64,000 bases of DNA from an uncultured Alphaproteobacteria bacterium (lineage in GTDB: Bacteria > Pseudomonadota > Alphaproteobacteria > ATCC43930 > CGMCC-115725): contig CAVVGE010000009.1 of the NCBI GenBank assembly GCA_963747735.1, positions 6,257 to 70,256 of the forward strand, written 5' to 3'. The notes beneath the pieces were generated by a model. It ran no database searches. It was given only the letters and a program-made list of their open reading frames with translations, and was not told the DNA's origin. The first letter of the stretch is position 1; each line of letters begins with the position of its first letter. Shown piece by piece: positions 27,266-36,188 of the stretch. The position numbers were made by a program, and so were the translations under genes.

Positions 27266-29196
27266 GCCCAGGCTCCGGCTTCGTTGCTGCTGAGCGGCCG
27301 TTCGAGCTTGGCGTATTCGGTGCGGGTCGCTTCCAAGAGATGCGACATCCGCACCGGCGAGCTGTCGTCGGCCGCGAGAAAGGCGGCGTGCATCGCGATG
27401 TTGCGGATGATGCCGCCCGTCACGTTGAGCCGGGCGAGCCGTTCCGGATCGAGCCCGGCAGTCGGCGTCTCGCCCGGGAAAACGCCGTCCCAGATCCGCG
27501 CTCGCTGGGCCGCATCGGGGAACGGAAATTCGATGATGAAGCGGATGCGGCGCACAAAGGCGGCATCGATCGCATGCCGCATGTTGGTGGTCAGGATCGC
27601 CAGCCCGCGATAAGCCTCCATCCGCTGCAACAGATAGCTGACCTCGAGATTGGCATAGCGGTCGTGGCTGTCCTTGACCTCGCTGCGTTTGCCGAACAGC
27701 GCATCCGCCTCGTCGAACAGCAGGATGGCGCCGCTGTCCTCGGCTGCGTCGAAGACCTGCTTCAGGTTCTTCTCGGTCTCCCCGATGTATTTGCTGACAA
27801 GGCCGGCCAGGTCGATCTGGAAGAGGTCCAGGTCCAAGGTGTGCGCCAGCACCTCGGCGGCCATGGTCTTGCCGGTGCCGCTGGCGCCCGAAAACAACGC
27901 GGTGAGGCCGAGCCCGCGCGAGTATTTCGCACCGAAGCCCCAGCGCTGATAGACCGTCGCGCGCTGGCGCAGATGCGCGGCGACCTGGCGCAGGATGCGC
28001 ATCTGCGGCGCCGGCAATACCAGACTGTCCCAATCGGCCTTCGGCACGATGCGCCGCGCCGATTGCTGCATCGAGCGGCGCGCATGCTCGCGGCAGACCT
28101 GCCAGGCGCGCTGTTGCAGCGTCGCCTCGTCGCACTCGGCCGCGAGCCGGCGCAGTGCCGTGCTGGCCGAGCGTATCGTCGGGGTGTCGATGCGGAACTG
28201 GTCGGCGATCGCGTCGAGAACGCTGTTCATCTGCGTCGCCGAAGGACCGAGATTGGCGACCCACACTTGGCGCCGCTCGTCAGCGGAAGGCTCAACCAGC
28301 TCGACCCGCACCGCGCCCAGGCCGCCCCAGGCGCCGGCGCCGCCGGCGTCGATGACGACTGCGCCGCTGATCAGGCCGACAAAGCTCTGCGCGACCCGCG
28401 CCGCCTCGTCCGTTGCGGCCGGATCGGCCTGGACCAGCAAGCCGGCGCGGCCGAGCCACAATTCGCGCACCCAATAGCGGGCGAGCCGTTCCCGATCGGC
28501 GGGGTTGGCGGCGATGTCGGCCGCATTGAGGCGCCAGCCGCGCAGCCCTGCCGCCGCCAAGGCTGAGGCTGCGACCAATTCCCGGTCAGCCGCCGACCCG
28601 CCGATGAGGGCGACGCGCTCGCCTTCGCGCAGCGCCCGCGCCGCATTCTCGACCGCAGGCTCGAGCCAGCCCGGCAATCCCGAGCCAGCGGCGAGTAGCG
28701 TGACGACACCCTCCAGCCGCTCGTCGGTGCAATCAACGCCGGCAAGAAAATGCAAAATCCGCTCGTCGATCCGCAAAGCGCTGCCGATCAGTGTTTCGCC
28801 GGGCAGAACCTCCAGCATTCGCCAATGCCGCAGCGGCCGGTCGCGGGTGACCGCACTCCAATGCGCGCCCGGCAGCGCCGCCAAGGCCAGGCTGAAGGAC
28901 GGGCTCGTCCGCCGCGGATCGCGATGCGCAGCGGCGCAAGCTTCGGCAAAACGGCCTTCGAGCTCGACCCCGGCGCACAGCAGCAACACATCGCGCTCAA
29001 ACGGGGTCAGGCCGAAAATCTCGCAGAGGATCGCCAGCGCTGAAGGCCGGTCCTCGGGACTGTCCGCCTCGATGGGGGCCGGTACGTCGATAGGCTGGCC
29101 TGCGGCTCGGCAGAGCGCCGTATAGACCGGCTCCAGCGCGGCTCCGAGCGCCGCCTGATTGACTGCCTGCCACGCGGCGGCTGACGGCGCGTTCAC
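27262..29196 (-). CDS. AAA+ ATPase (eCIS Afp15/Pvc15-class)
   Basis: Walker A GASGTGKTMAAEVLA and Walker B AILLFDEADALFGKR, with a C-terminal AAA lid. A GTG at 29196 overlaps the upstream stop. The longest ORF extends to 29250. Confidence 0.9.
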   Translation of the reverse strand: MNAPSAAAWQAVNQAALGAALEPVYTALCRAAGQPIDVPAPIEADSPEDRPSALAILCEIFGLTPFERDVLLLCAGVELEGRFAEACAAAHRDPRRTSPSFSLALAALPGAHWSAVTRDRPLRHWRMLEVLPGETLIGSALRIDERILHFLAGVDCTDERLEGVVTLLAAGSGLPGWLEPAVENAARALREGERVALIGGSAADRELVAASALAAAGLRGWRLNAADIAANPADRERLARYWVRELWLGRAGLLVQADPAATDEAARVAQSFVGLISGAVVIDAGGAGAWGGLGAVRVELVEPSADERRQVWVANLGPSATQMNSVLDAIADQFRIDTPTIRSASTALRRLAAECDEATLQQRAWQVCREHARRSMQQSARRIVPKADWDSLVLPAPQMRILRQVAAHLRQRATVYQRWGFGAKYSRGLGLTALFSGASGTGKTMAAEVLAHTLDLDLFQIDLAGLVSKYIGETEKNLKQVFDAAEDSGAILLFDEADALFGKRSEVKDSHDRYANLEVSYLLQRMEAYRGLAILTTNMRHAIDAAFVRRIRFIIEFPFPDAAQRARIWDGVFPGETPTAGLDPERLARLNVTGGIIRNIAMHAAFLAADDSSPVRMSHLLEATRTEYAKLERPLSSNEAGAWA

Positions 29197-30449
29197 GGCG
29201 TCACCGTGATGCGCGGCACATAGGCGGGCGGCGCCAGGCTCGTGTCCCAAGTGACTCGGCTTTCGGCGCCGTCGATGCGAACCCGCAGCGGCGCGCCCGG
29301 CGCCGGCACCGGCACAAAGTCGGCGGGTATCGGGAAAGCAAGGGTCGCCGAGCTGTCGGGCGCTGACAGCGGCCGCGGCTCGATCTCGACCGATTGGCTG
29401 CCGATCAGCACGGCGGCGCGCTGCCGCCGTCCAACCGACGGGCTGATCGTCAACGTCAAGCTCGTGCCGACCTGCGCCGTGGCCGGCGGCGCGGTGATCG
29501 CCGGCAACAGCATAAAGGTCGCGGAGTTCGAGACGAGCCCGCTATGCGGGTCGGTCGGCGCGCCGAAACGGACATTGCGGCGGATCTGCACCATGCGCAC
29601 GCCGGCGGTCAGCGTGGCCGGGACCGTGATCCGGGCAAACCGGTCCTGCGCCAGATCGGGCGTCACCGGGTCGCCGTCGTCAAAGCTGATCGAGGTGTCG
29701 GCGACCGCATCTCCGACAAAATGCCGGCCTTGGATCGTCAAGACCTCGCCGGCCGCGACCATTGCCGGAGAAATATTGTCGATCACCGGCCGCTCCAGCG
29801 GCTGCACCAGGATATTGCGCGTCTGCACCGCTAGGCTGACCCGCACCGGCCGCTGCCGTTGAATCAATACGACCGAGGCGACGTAGGCCGCAGTCGCGCG
29901 ATAGCGCGCCTGAAACGCGGTCCACAGCTTGTAGGTGTCTTCGGTCGATACCGGCTGCGGGGTCAGCTTGACGAGCTCGGACTGGTCGGCGAGCGTGGTG
30001 AGTCCGACCGCCTGCACTTCGGTCGTGGCACCCGGCGCGCTGCTCGACGCGGCGAGCGCGCTCTGCACCAGGTCGCGGGTCAAGACCGGCTGCTCGTGCA
30101 GGATCTGCATCGCCCAGCCGAGCAAGATCTCGGCGTCGAGCTCGTGCCGGCAATAGGCGGACAACAGAAAATGAAGATCGAGCGCCAACGGCGGGATCGA
30201 GACCCGGCGGCCGGCGCTGTCGCGCTCGGGCAGGTCGTTGTTGCGCCAGGCGGCACTCGGCGCGACGTGATACATAAAGAGGTTGAGCTGCGGGCTCTCA
30301 TTGTCACCGACCAAGATCCGGTCGGGCGGCAATGCAGTGACCGTCGGCGCGACACCGAGAGCGGTGTCGAGACCGCTGCCGGCGAGCGCATCGAGCAGGA
30401 CCCAGCGCAACACCGAGCTGACGCCCGCGATCGCCAGAAAGTCGCTCAT
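29193..30449 (-). CDS. tail terminator/cap, DUF4255 (Pvc16_N)-type with a long C-terminal extension
   Basis: MSDFLAIAGVSSVLRWVLLDAL...PQLNLFMYHVAPSAAWRNNDLP is the DUF4255 signature. The ATG overlaps the upstream stop (ATGA). The C-terminal 200 aa or so look beta-sandwich-like (VIDNISPAMVAAGEVLTIQGRHFVG). Confidence 0.8.
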   Translation of the reverse strand: MSDFLAIAGVSSVLRWVLLDALAGSGLDTALGVAPTVTALPPDRILVGDNESPQLNLFMYHVAPSAAWRNNDLPERDSAGRRVSIPPLALDLHFLLSAYCRHELDAEILLGWAMQILHEQPVLTRDLVQSALAASSSAPGATTEVQAVGLTTLADQSELVKLTPQPVSTEDTYKLWTAFQARYRATAAYVASVVLIQRQRPVRVSLAVQTRNILVQPLERPVIDNISPAMVAAGEVLTIQGRHFVGDAVADTSISFDDGDPVTPDLAQDRFARITVPATLTAGVRMVQIRRNVRFGAPTDPHSGLVSNSATFMLLPAITAPPATAQVGTSLTLTISPSVGRRQRAAVLIGSQSVEIEPRPLSAPDSSATLAFPIPADFVPVPAPGAPLRVRIDGAESRVTWDTSLAPPAYVPRITVTP

Positions 30450-31207
30450 GGCGCTCTGCCGCCGCGCCGCGCCAGATAATCGGCGAGCGAGACGGTCGGT
30501 CGCCGGGGCGGCGCCTGCCGGACCGTGCGAGGCGGCGGCGGTAATGCATGCACTTCGACCCGGCCGATGCTGATGCGCACCTCCGGTCGGCCAGACGGCG
30601 CCGGCATGGCTTTCTCCGCCGCCGGCCGGTAGGCGGAGCCTATCGGCTGGATCGGTGGGCGACCCGGCGGTGGTGATTGCGCCGCCTGGTCTGCGCCTGT
30701 CCTGCCGGTCGGACGAACCGCCGTCTCGGCAAGCTTCCCCGCCTCGACGTTGACGGCAAGAGCGTTTGGCCGGTTCGGCTCGCTGCGAAGGCCCGGCGAC
30801 GGCGTTGCGGCTCGGGCAATGCGCGTGGGGCCCGCGGCCGGAACGTCGTCTTCCGGCTGCTGGGCCGGGGTGCGCAGCCGCGTCCGCTGCTCCCCTGAAG
30901 GCACCGTATCCGGGACAACCTGAGGCCGCGACGGCATGTCCGCGACGATCGCATACGGGTTCGGCGGCTCGACCGGATCGTCCGTCGCCGCTGCCGGTCT
31001 CGGAACCGGCGCAGCCACTACCGCCAAAGGCTCCGCCGTCGTGTCCAATGCCTCCGGCAGCGCCGGCGGTCGCTGCATTGCCGGCAGCCCTTCGTCCAGG
31101 TCCATCAGACCCGGCACTGGGGCGCCGTAGCGCGACGGCAACAGCGGCTCGATCCGAGACAGCGCACCCTGTGCGCGTAAAATGAGCCGCGTCAGGCTGT
31201 CGCTCAT
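30446..31207 (-). CDS. proline/alanine-rich tape-measure-like protein
   Basis: MSDSLTRLILRAQGALSRIEPLL, then about 180 aa of low-complexity P/A-rich sequence, then a conserved-looking end EVRISIGRVEVHALPPP...VSLADYLARR. ATGA overlaps at both ends. The position between tube and terminator fits a TMP. Confidence 0.6.
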   Translation of the reverse strand: MSDSLTRLILRAQGALSRIEPLLPSRYGAPVPGLMDLDEGLPAMQRPPALPEALDTTAEPLAVVAAPVPRPAAATDDPVEPPNPYAIVADMPSRPQVVPDTVPSGEQRTRLRTPAQQPEDDVPAAGPTRIARAATPSPGLRSEPNRPNALAVNVEAGKLAETAVRPTGRTGADQAAQSPPPGRPPIQPIGSAYRPAAEKAMPAPSGRPEVRISIGRVEVHALPPPPRTVRQAPPRRPTVSLADYLARRGGRAP

Positions 31208-31953
31208 GCATTCAGCCTTTCGAGATAGGCCCGACGCCGTGCCGGGCTCATCGCCAGGATCGCGTCCTCGGCCCAGCCATAGGTCCACGCCAGCTCATGC
31301 ACCTCGTCAAGCAGGGCTTGCGCGGCGTGACGCGTCTCCGCCCAGAACAGCGCCGCGACGTCGAGCACCGCCGTCTCACCGACGCCGCAATCAGGGCAGA
31401 CCAGCGACACCGCCAGCTCGGCCGCCGCATGCAGCGCTTCCAACCGAGTGAAGGCCCGTTGACGGGCCTCCTGCGGCAGGGCGCCGAACGGCACTGCACG
31501 TGCCTCGCCATCAACCGCTGCGACGCAATGCTCGAGCAGCACATCGCGTGCGGCGTCGAGATCACCTGATGCCGCCGCAGCCGCGACATCGGCGCTGCTC
31601 GCCAGCCGCAAACGCATCGTGCAACCGGCATGCGTCAGGCTGCACCCCGCCGCCGCGGCATTCTGCAAGGTCGCGGTCATCGCGCTGTCGTCGAGCGTGA
31701 GCTCCAGCCGCTCGCCGCAGCCGCTGCAGACACAGAACAGGGATAATTGCCGCTGCAGGCTGAAGCGGCGCAGGCGAAGCAATGTCCGATCGCGCTCCGC
31801 CATGCTCAACGCCGCAGCTTCGGTCTCGGTCATGTCGGGGAAGCCGGTTGCAATGAGGCTCAGCGCCCGTGCGAGCGGCGGCTGACCGCTGCCGCGTTCC
31901 CAGGCGGCCAGCAGAGTGGCGCCCGCGAGCGGCTGCATCGCCTCGCATTGCAT
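31204..31953 (-). CDS. eCIS-associated Zn-ribbon protein (possible tail assembly chaperone)
   Basis: The start is trimmed to an ATG 17 nt after the tube stop, behind GGAGGAG. Two Cys clusters (CVCSGCG and CPDCG). The C-terminal WAEDAILAMSPARRRAYLERL resembles conserved proteins at this position in eCIS loci. Confidence 0.6.
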   Translation of the reverse strand: MQCEAMQPLAGATLLAAWERGSGQPPLARALSLIATGFPDMTETEAAALSMAERDRTLLRLRRFSLQRQLSLFCVCSGCGERLELTLDDSAMTATLQNAAAAGCSLTHAGCTMRLRLASSADVAAAAASGDLDAARDVLLEHCVAAVDGEARAVPFGALPQEARQRAFTRLEALHAAAELAVSLVCPDCGVGETAVLDVAALFWAETRHAAQALLDEVHELAWTYGWAEDAILAMSPARRRAYLERLNA

Positions 31954-31970
31954 CGCCCTGCTCCTCCGGG

Positions 31971-32489
31971 CTATGGGTTCAACGTCGGCTCGGTCGGCTC
32001 GACCACCGCCGGGTCGCGCTGCCATCCCTCGTTCTCCAGCTTGATGTGCTGGATCGCGACCGCATTGGCATTGGCGTCGAGGTCCGGCAACGCCTGATAT
32101 TCCGATACCCAGCAGCGAAACACCTGGTAGGCGATCGCCAGCTGTCCGGCCTCGTTGTAGAATTCGAGAATGACGTCCTTGCGGAAATCGGCGAGCGACA
32201 CCTCGCTGCCGAGCGAGGCGTTTAATTGCCACACCTTGCTCGCCCATTTCTCGAATTCGAGATCGTGCGTGACGCCGCGCTCCAGCGTGATCGCATCGTA
32301 TTCGGTGCGGCCGGGCGATTTCCGGCTGGTCGAAGGGTCGCCGCCCTCGCGGTGCCGGACGACCTCGGTCGTGCGCTTCAGCACCGACACCTTGCTGATG
32401 CCGGCGACATAGCGTCCATCCCATTTGAGCCGGAACTTGAAGTTCTTGTAGGGGTCGTGGCGGGTCGGGTTGACGACGAACTCGGCCAT
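31971..32489 (-). CDS. tail tube protein (T4 gp19-like / eCIS tube)
   Basis: MAEFVVNPTRHDPYKNFKFRLKWDGRYVAGISKVSVLKRTTEVVRHREGGDPSTSRKSPGRTEYDAITLERGVTHD is the canonical eCIS tube sequence pattern. Confidence 0.9.
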   Translation of the reverse strand: MAEFVVNPTRHDPYKNFKFRLKWDGRYVAGISKVSVLKRTTEVVRHREGGDPSTSRKSPGRTEYDAITLERGVTHDLEFEKWASKVWQLNASLGSEVSLADFRKDVILEFYNEAGQLAIAYQVFRCWVSEYQALPDLDANANAVAIQHIKLENEGWQRDPAVVEPTEPTLNP

Positions 32490-32523
32490 GCTCCTGCCTC
32501 CGATCTCTGGTGCCGGACCCGGA

Positions 32524-34530
32524 TCAGGTCTGCAGCTGGCCGGCGAGCTGCTGGATCTGGATCACGACGAACTCGGCCGGCTTGAGCGGGGCAAATCCCA
32601 CCAGAATGTTGACGATGCCGTTGTCGATGTCGCTTTGCGTCGTGGTGTCCTTGTCGCATTTGACGAGATAGGCCTGGGCCGGCGTCGATCCCTGGAAAGC
32701 GCCCCGGCGGAACAAATCGTGCATAAACGAGCCGATATTGAGCCGCAGCTGCGCCCAAAGCGGCTCGTCATTCGGCTCGAACACCGCCCATTTTGTGCTG
32801 CGGTAGAGGCTCTCCTCGATGTAGAGCGCGAGCCGCCGAACCGGCACATATTTCCATTGGTTGGCTTCGGCGTCGCTGCCGACCAAAGTGCGCGCGCCCC
32901 ACATCACCGGGCCGTAGATCGGGAAGATGCGGGTGCAGTTGAGCCCGAGCGGGTTCAAGACACCGTTTTCGAGGTCGTTGAGCTTGTAGACGACGCCCTG
33001 TACCCCGGTCAGCGTCGCCTCGGTGCCGGCGGGCGCCTTCCACACCCCGCGCGTAGCGTCGATCCGCGCATAGAGGCCGGCGACGACGCCGCTCGGCGCA
33101 AAGGTGCGCAGCTGGTACTGGTTTGCCGGGTCCGGCAGGCGCAGGCGCGGAAAAAACGCCGCGCCGTTTTCCTGGTGCACCGTAAGCCCGCTGGTTTTCC
33201 AATCGACCGCCGAAGAGACGTCGCTGACCGCCGGCGGCGGATCGACCAGCAGCATCGCCCGGCGATCGCGGCAGAGGCTGATCGCCGCGGCATAGATGCT
33301 GTTGGGATCGACTGCGGGGTCCAACGCCGCCGGGTTGCCAGCGGCGGCCCGGGTCGCGTCGGGAATGCTCAGCAGGTTGAACAAATCCACCCGCTGCAGC
33401 GCGTAAAGCCCGGTGAAGAGGCCGGGATCGCCGATCAGCTCGTCCGTCCCCGGCAGACCGGTGCCGTTGCCGCCGGCGGCCGACGCGGTCTGCGAGGCAA
33501 ACGCATTGCCGGTGCCGAGCGTGTAGTGCGCGACATTGGCCGATGCCGGCGCGGCCAGGCCGAGCGCCGCGGCTGCGTTTCCCAATGGTGCGACTGGTGC
33601 GGCAAAGCTCAGCACCGCGTCGCCGAGGCTCGGCAAGAACCCGTTGACCCGGATCGCCTGGGCGCCGCCGGTTGCGGCGACGGCGCCGCACCGCACCGAG
33701 GCGCCGGGCCAGCTCACCGCCAGCGCGGCGTTGAGCGCGCGTTCGAGCTGCGCGGCGAGACCCGCGACGGTCTGCGGGATCGGGCCGTTCTGCGCAAAAA
33801 CCCGGATCGTCAGCGGCAGCGGCTGCGGCGCAGCAGCGGGCTGGGAAACCGACAGCACGACGCCGAAATCGCCGTTCGCAATCGCCGCCGTGGCGGCGCC
33901 GCCGAGCGCCGTGTTGACCGCGGTCCGGGTCAGGCCCGTGCCGATGGCTCCGGTCGCCGTCGGCGGGTCGGCCGTCGACAATGCCCCGGCGGTTGCGACA
34001 TTGACCAGTTGCGAGCCGGTGTCCGGGTCGTTGATCACCGCCAAGACGTAGTTGGTTCGCGCCGGGTTAAGCGACAGGTTGAGGAACGGCTCGCTGGTGC
34101 CGTCCTCGAGATCGGTCACGGTCAGATTGAACGCGGTCGGCTCGGCAACCTGGTCCACGCCATTGTAATCGATGTCGATGATCAGCGTTCCATTGGCCCA
34201 ATTGCCGCTGCTGAGCGCAGTAAAGAGCAAGTTTGCAAAGGTGACCTGCGCGCCGGTGGCGCCGATGCGCTTGGCGCGGACCACATAAGCCTGCGAGCCG
34301 CCATTCGAAAAGAACTGCTGCACGGCGTAGGACAACTCGCTGTCGGCGGCAATTCCGCCGAACTGCCGCTCGTAATCGGAAAAGCTCAACAGCCGCTCGG
34401 CGCGATTGTCGATCCCGCGCGCGGCGTAGCCGACAAAGGCGGTGATCGAGGTGGCAACGCCGGCGATCGGGCGGGCCAGCGCCGGCAGCTCGTCGATATA
34501 GACGCCCGGATAGGTTGGCGTGATCGCCAT
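32524..34530 (-). CDS. contractile tail sheath protein
   Basis: MAITPTYPGVYIDELPALARPIAGVATSITAFVGYAARG is the canonical sheath N-terminus. 668 aa. The C-terminal domain includes WKAPAG and NPLGLNCTRIFPIYGPVMWGARTL. Confidence 0.9.
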   Translation of the reverse strand: MAITPTYPGVYIDELPALARPIAGVATSITAFVGYAARGIDNRAERLLSFSDYERQFGGIAADSELSYAVQQFFSNGGSQAYVVRAKRIGATGAQVTFANLLFTALSSGNWANGTLIIDIDYNGVDQVAEPTAFNLTVTDLEDGTSEPFLNLSLNPARTNYVLAVINDPDTGSQLVNVATAGALSTADPPTATGAIGTGLTRTAVNTALGGAATAAIANGDFGVVLSVSQPAAAPQPLPLTIRVFAQNGPIPQTVAGLAAQLERALNAALAVSWPGASVRCGAVAATGGAQAIRVNGFLPSLGDAVLSFAAPVAPLGNAAAALGLAAPASANVAHYTLGTGNAFASQTASAAGGNGTGLPGTDELIGDPGLFTGLYALQRVDLFNLLSIPDATRAAAGNPAALDPAVDPNSIYAAAISLCRDRRAMLLVDPPPAVSDVSSAVDWKTSGLTVHQENGAAFFPRLRLPDPANQYQLRTFAPSGVVAGLYARIDATRGVWKAPAGTEATLTGVQGVVYKLNDLENGVLNPLGLNCTRIFPIYGPVMWGARTLVGSDAEANQWKYVPVRRLALYIEESLYRSTKWAVFEPNDEPLWAQLRLNIGSFMHDLFRRGAFQGSTPAQAYLVKCDKDTTTQSDIDNGIVNILVGFAPLKPAEFVVIQIQQLAGQLQT

Positions 34531-34565
34531 GGCGGTTCCTTTCGCGACAAATTACCGGCGGCGCA

Positions 34566-34916
34566 TCATTGCGGACCCGGTCCCGCATGCAGCGCGGCGT
34601 TCAGCGCATCGGCCGACAGCTCGGCCAAAGGCAGCGAGTAAACCCGCAATTCGTGCAGGCAGCCGCGCTCGCCGCCAACCCCGATCGCCACGACCTTCAG
34701 CATCGCAAACTCGCGCAGCAGCGGCTCGAAGTCGGCGGCGCGGTCGGGCTCGAGCGCCGGCATCATAACCACGTCGGCCCGTGCAGACCGGATCTGCAGG
34801 TTGAGCTCGTTTTCGCCATCGACGCGGCCAGCGACAACCATGTCGGGGAACGCAGCCAACGCGCCGGTGACGATGGTGGCGAGCAAATTTGACATTCCGC
34901 AGAGCAGGATGCGCAA
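34566..34916 (-). CDS. small receiver-like (pseudo-receiver) protein, first gene of the eCIS operon
   Basis: A TTG start lies 11 nt after AGGAGG. MRILLCGMSNLLATIVTGALAAFPDMVVAGRV...ADVVMMPALEPD resembles a CheY-like fold, but no Asp follows the beta-3 strand. It stops 35 nt upstream of the sheath start. Confidence 0.5.
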   Translation of the reverse strand: MRILLCGMSNLLATIVTGALAAFPDMVVAGRVDGENELNLQIRSARADVVMMPALEPDRAADFEPLLREFAMLKVVAIGVGGERGCLHELRVYSLPLAELSADALNAALHAGPGPQ

Positions 34917-34981
34917 GTGCCGCGGGGCCTCCTGTTACCCCGCTATTGTCGCGTCTCGCTCGCGCCGGCAAATAGGCCAGT

Positions 34982-35011
34982 TGATCCAAAAAATGATCCA
35001 CCGCTTGATCC
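34982..35011. promoter_or_regulatory. three direct TGATCC(A/G) repeats with exact 12-nt spacing upstream of the eCIS operon
   Basis: TGATCCAaaaaaTGATCCAccgctTGATCCG at 34982, 34994 and 35006. This is 50-95 nt upstream of the first Shine-Dalgarno sequence of the operon. Confidence 0.35.
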
Positions 35012-35662
35012 GGGCCATTGCGGCGCCCTCCGGGCTGCGGTGGATACCGAGGGCCACGGCCGAGCCACGATCCACGGCAGAGCCGACGACAGCTTTCCCA
35101 CCCGGTGCGCGCTCGTCCGTGACGCAAAAATCGAAGCTCGCTGCGATGGCGTCTTCGTGGGAACGACAAGACAAACCGGAGGTGAGCCGGGCTTACCGGA
35201 TCACGCCCCCGGCGCTAAATCGGGGGCGGCGAAGGCAGATGATCACCTTCGAGCGCGGCGGCCGGTTCGCGGCGCCTTGCCGGGGTCGCCGCCCAGTCGC
35301 GGCGCGCCGGCACGGCTTCGTCGCACTTCGATCTCGGTCGTATGTAGGATGAGGGGTGGTGGCGCGCGGTCGATAATAATCAGCTGAGGAAACTGTCGGT
35401 CCACAGACTGGCTGTGCCGGAGCCACGCTCCACCGCGCGATGACCAAGGAAGCGGCCGCAGCCTCGCGCGCCGTGTTGGCAGGCGATGGAGAGCTCCGAT
35501 GGAGTGCTAATGCTGGATCGGATGTCTCGCTCGAGCTGACGAGCATTTGCATTATGGACCGGGACGGGAAGGGTCCTCCGGGGCGCAAGGATCGCAACCG
35601 ACCCCGGTGAGACCGGCCGCTATCCGCACGGCGCCGGCGATTACCGCAGCGGCGGCCTGAGC

Positions 35663-35908
35663 TTGACCCAGGTCAACAAGGTCCACCACGTCCACACCAT
35701 CGCTCGCGCCGCCGCGATGCTCGGCGAAGACGAGGACTGGCTGCGCGACGTCGCCATCGTGGACCAGGAAGACGGCCTGATCTGGGTCTATGGCCCGGGT
35801 GACGAGAGCGTCATGGCGTTCACCGACTCGGCATCGAAACCCTCACCGGCCTCATCGCGAGCTACAAGGCTGACCCCGACCTTTTCAAACGCTCAACCGA
35901 CCCAAAGT
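35663..35908 (+). pseudogene. small hypothetical protein, frameshifted
   Basis: ...IARAAAMLGEDEDWLRDVAIVDQEDGLIWVYGPGDESVMAFTD continues sensibly (GIETLTGLIASYKADPDLFKRSTDPK, then a stop) only after a 1-nt shift near 35828. The true start is unclear because the frame is open upstream. Confidence 0.3.
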
Positions 35909-36188
35909 GACGACCCTGCGGCCTACGCCGCATGCTTACGCTCTCGCGAGTCTGACGGTATTTTCAGCGGGACAGCCAATGGCGAGATTGTCGGTAGGAT
36001 GGCCAGAACCGAACCGACTGACGCCGATAGCCGACGGCGGGATATTCATCCAGTTGATTATTGCCGCCGGGGCTGACGGTCTTTTTTTCGCCCGGAGCAG
36101 CGCGATCATTCTTACCGAGACAGAGAGAATCGACCGACCGATACCGATAGTCGCTGAAACCAAGCAAATTCGAAATCGGCGAAGAGGC

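Noticed and set aside
29193-32424. The full-length 672-aa (29193-31211) and 406-aa (31204-32424) ORFs taken as real proteins.
   Set aside because: Their N-terminal portions are out-of-frame read-through of the neighbouring genes and have a low-complexity R/A/G composition. Internal ATGs that overlap the upstream stop codons give proteins that begin with the expected family N-termini.
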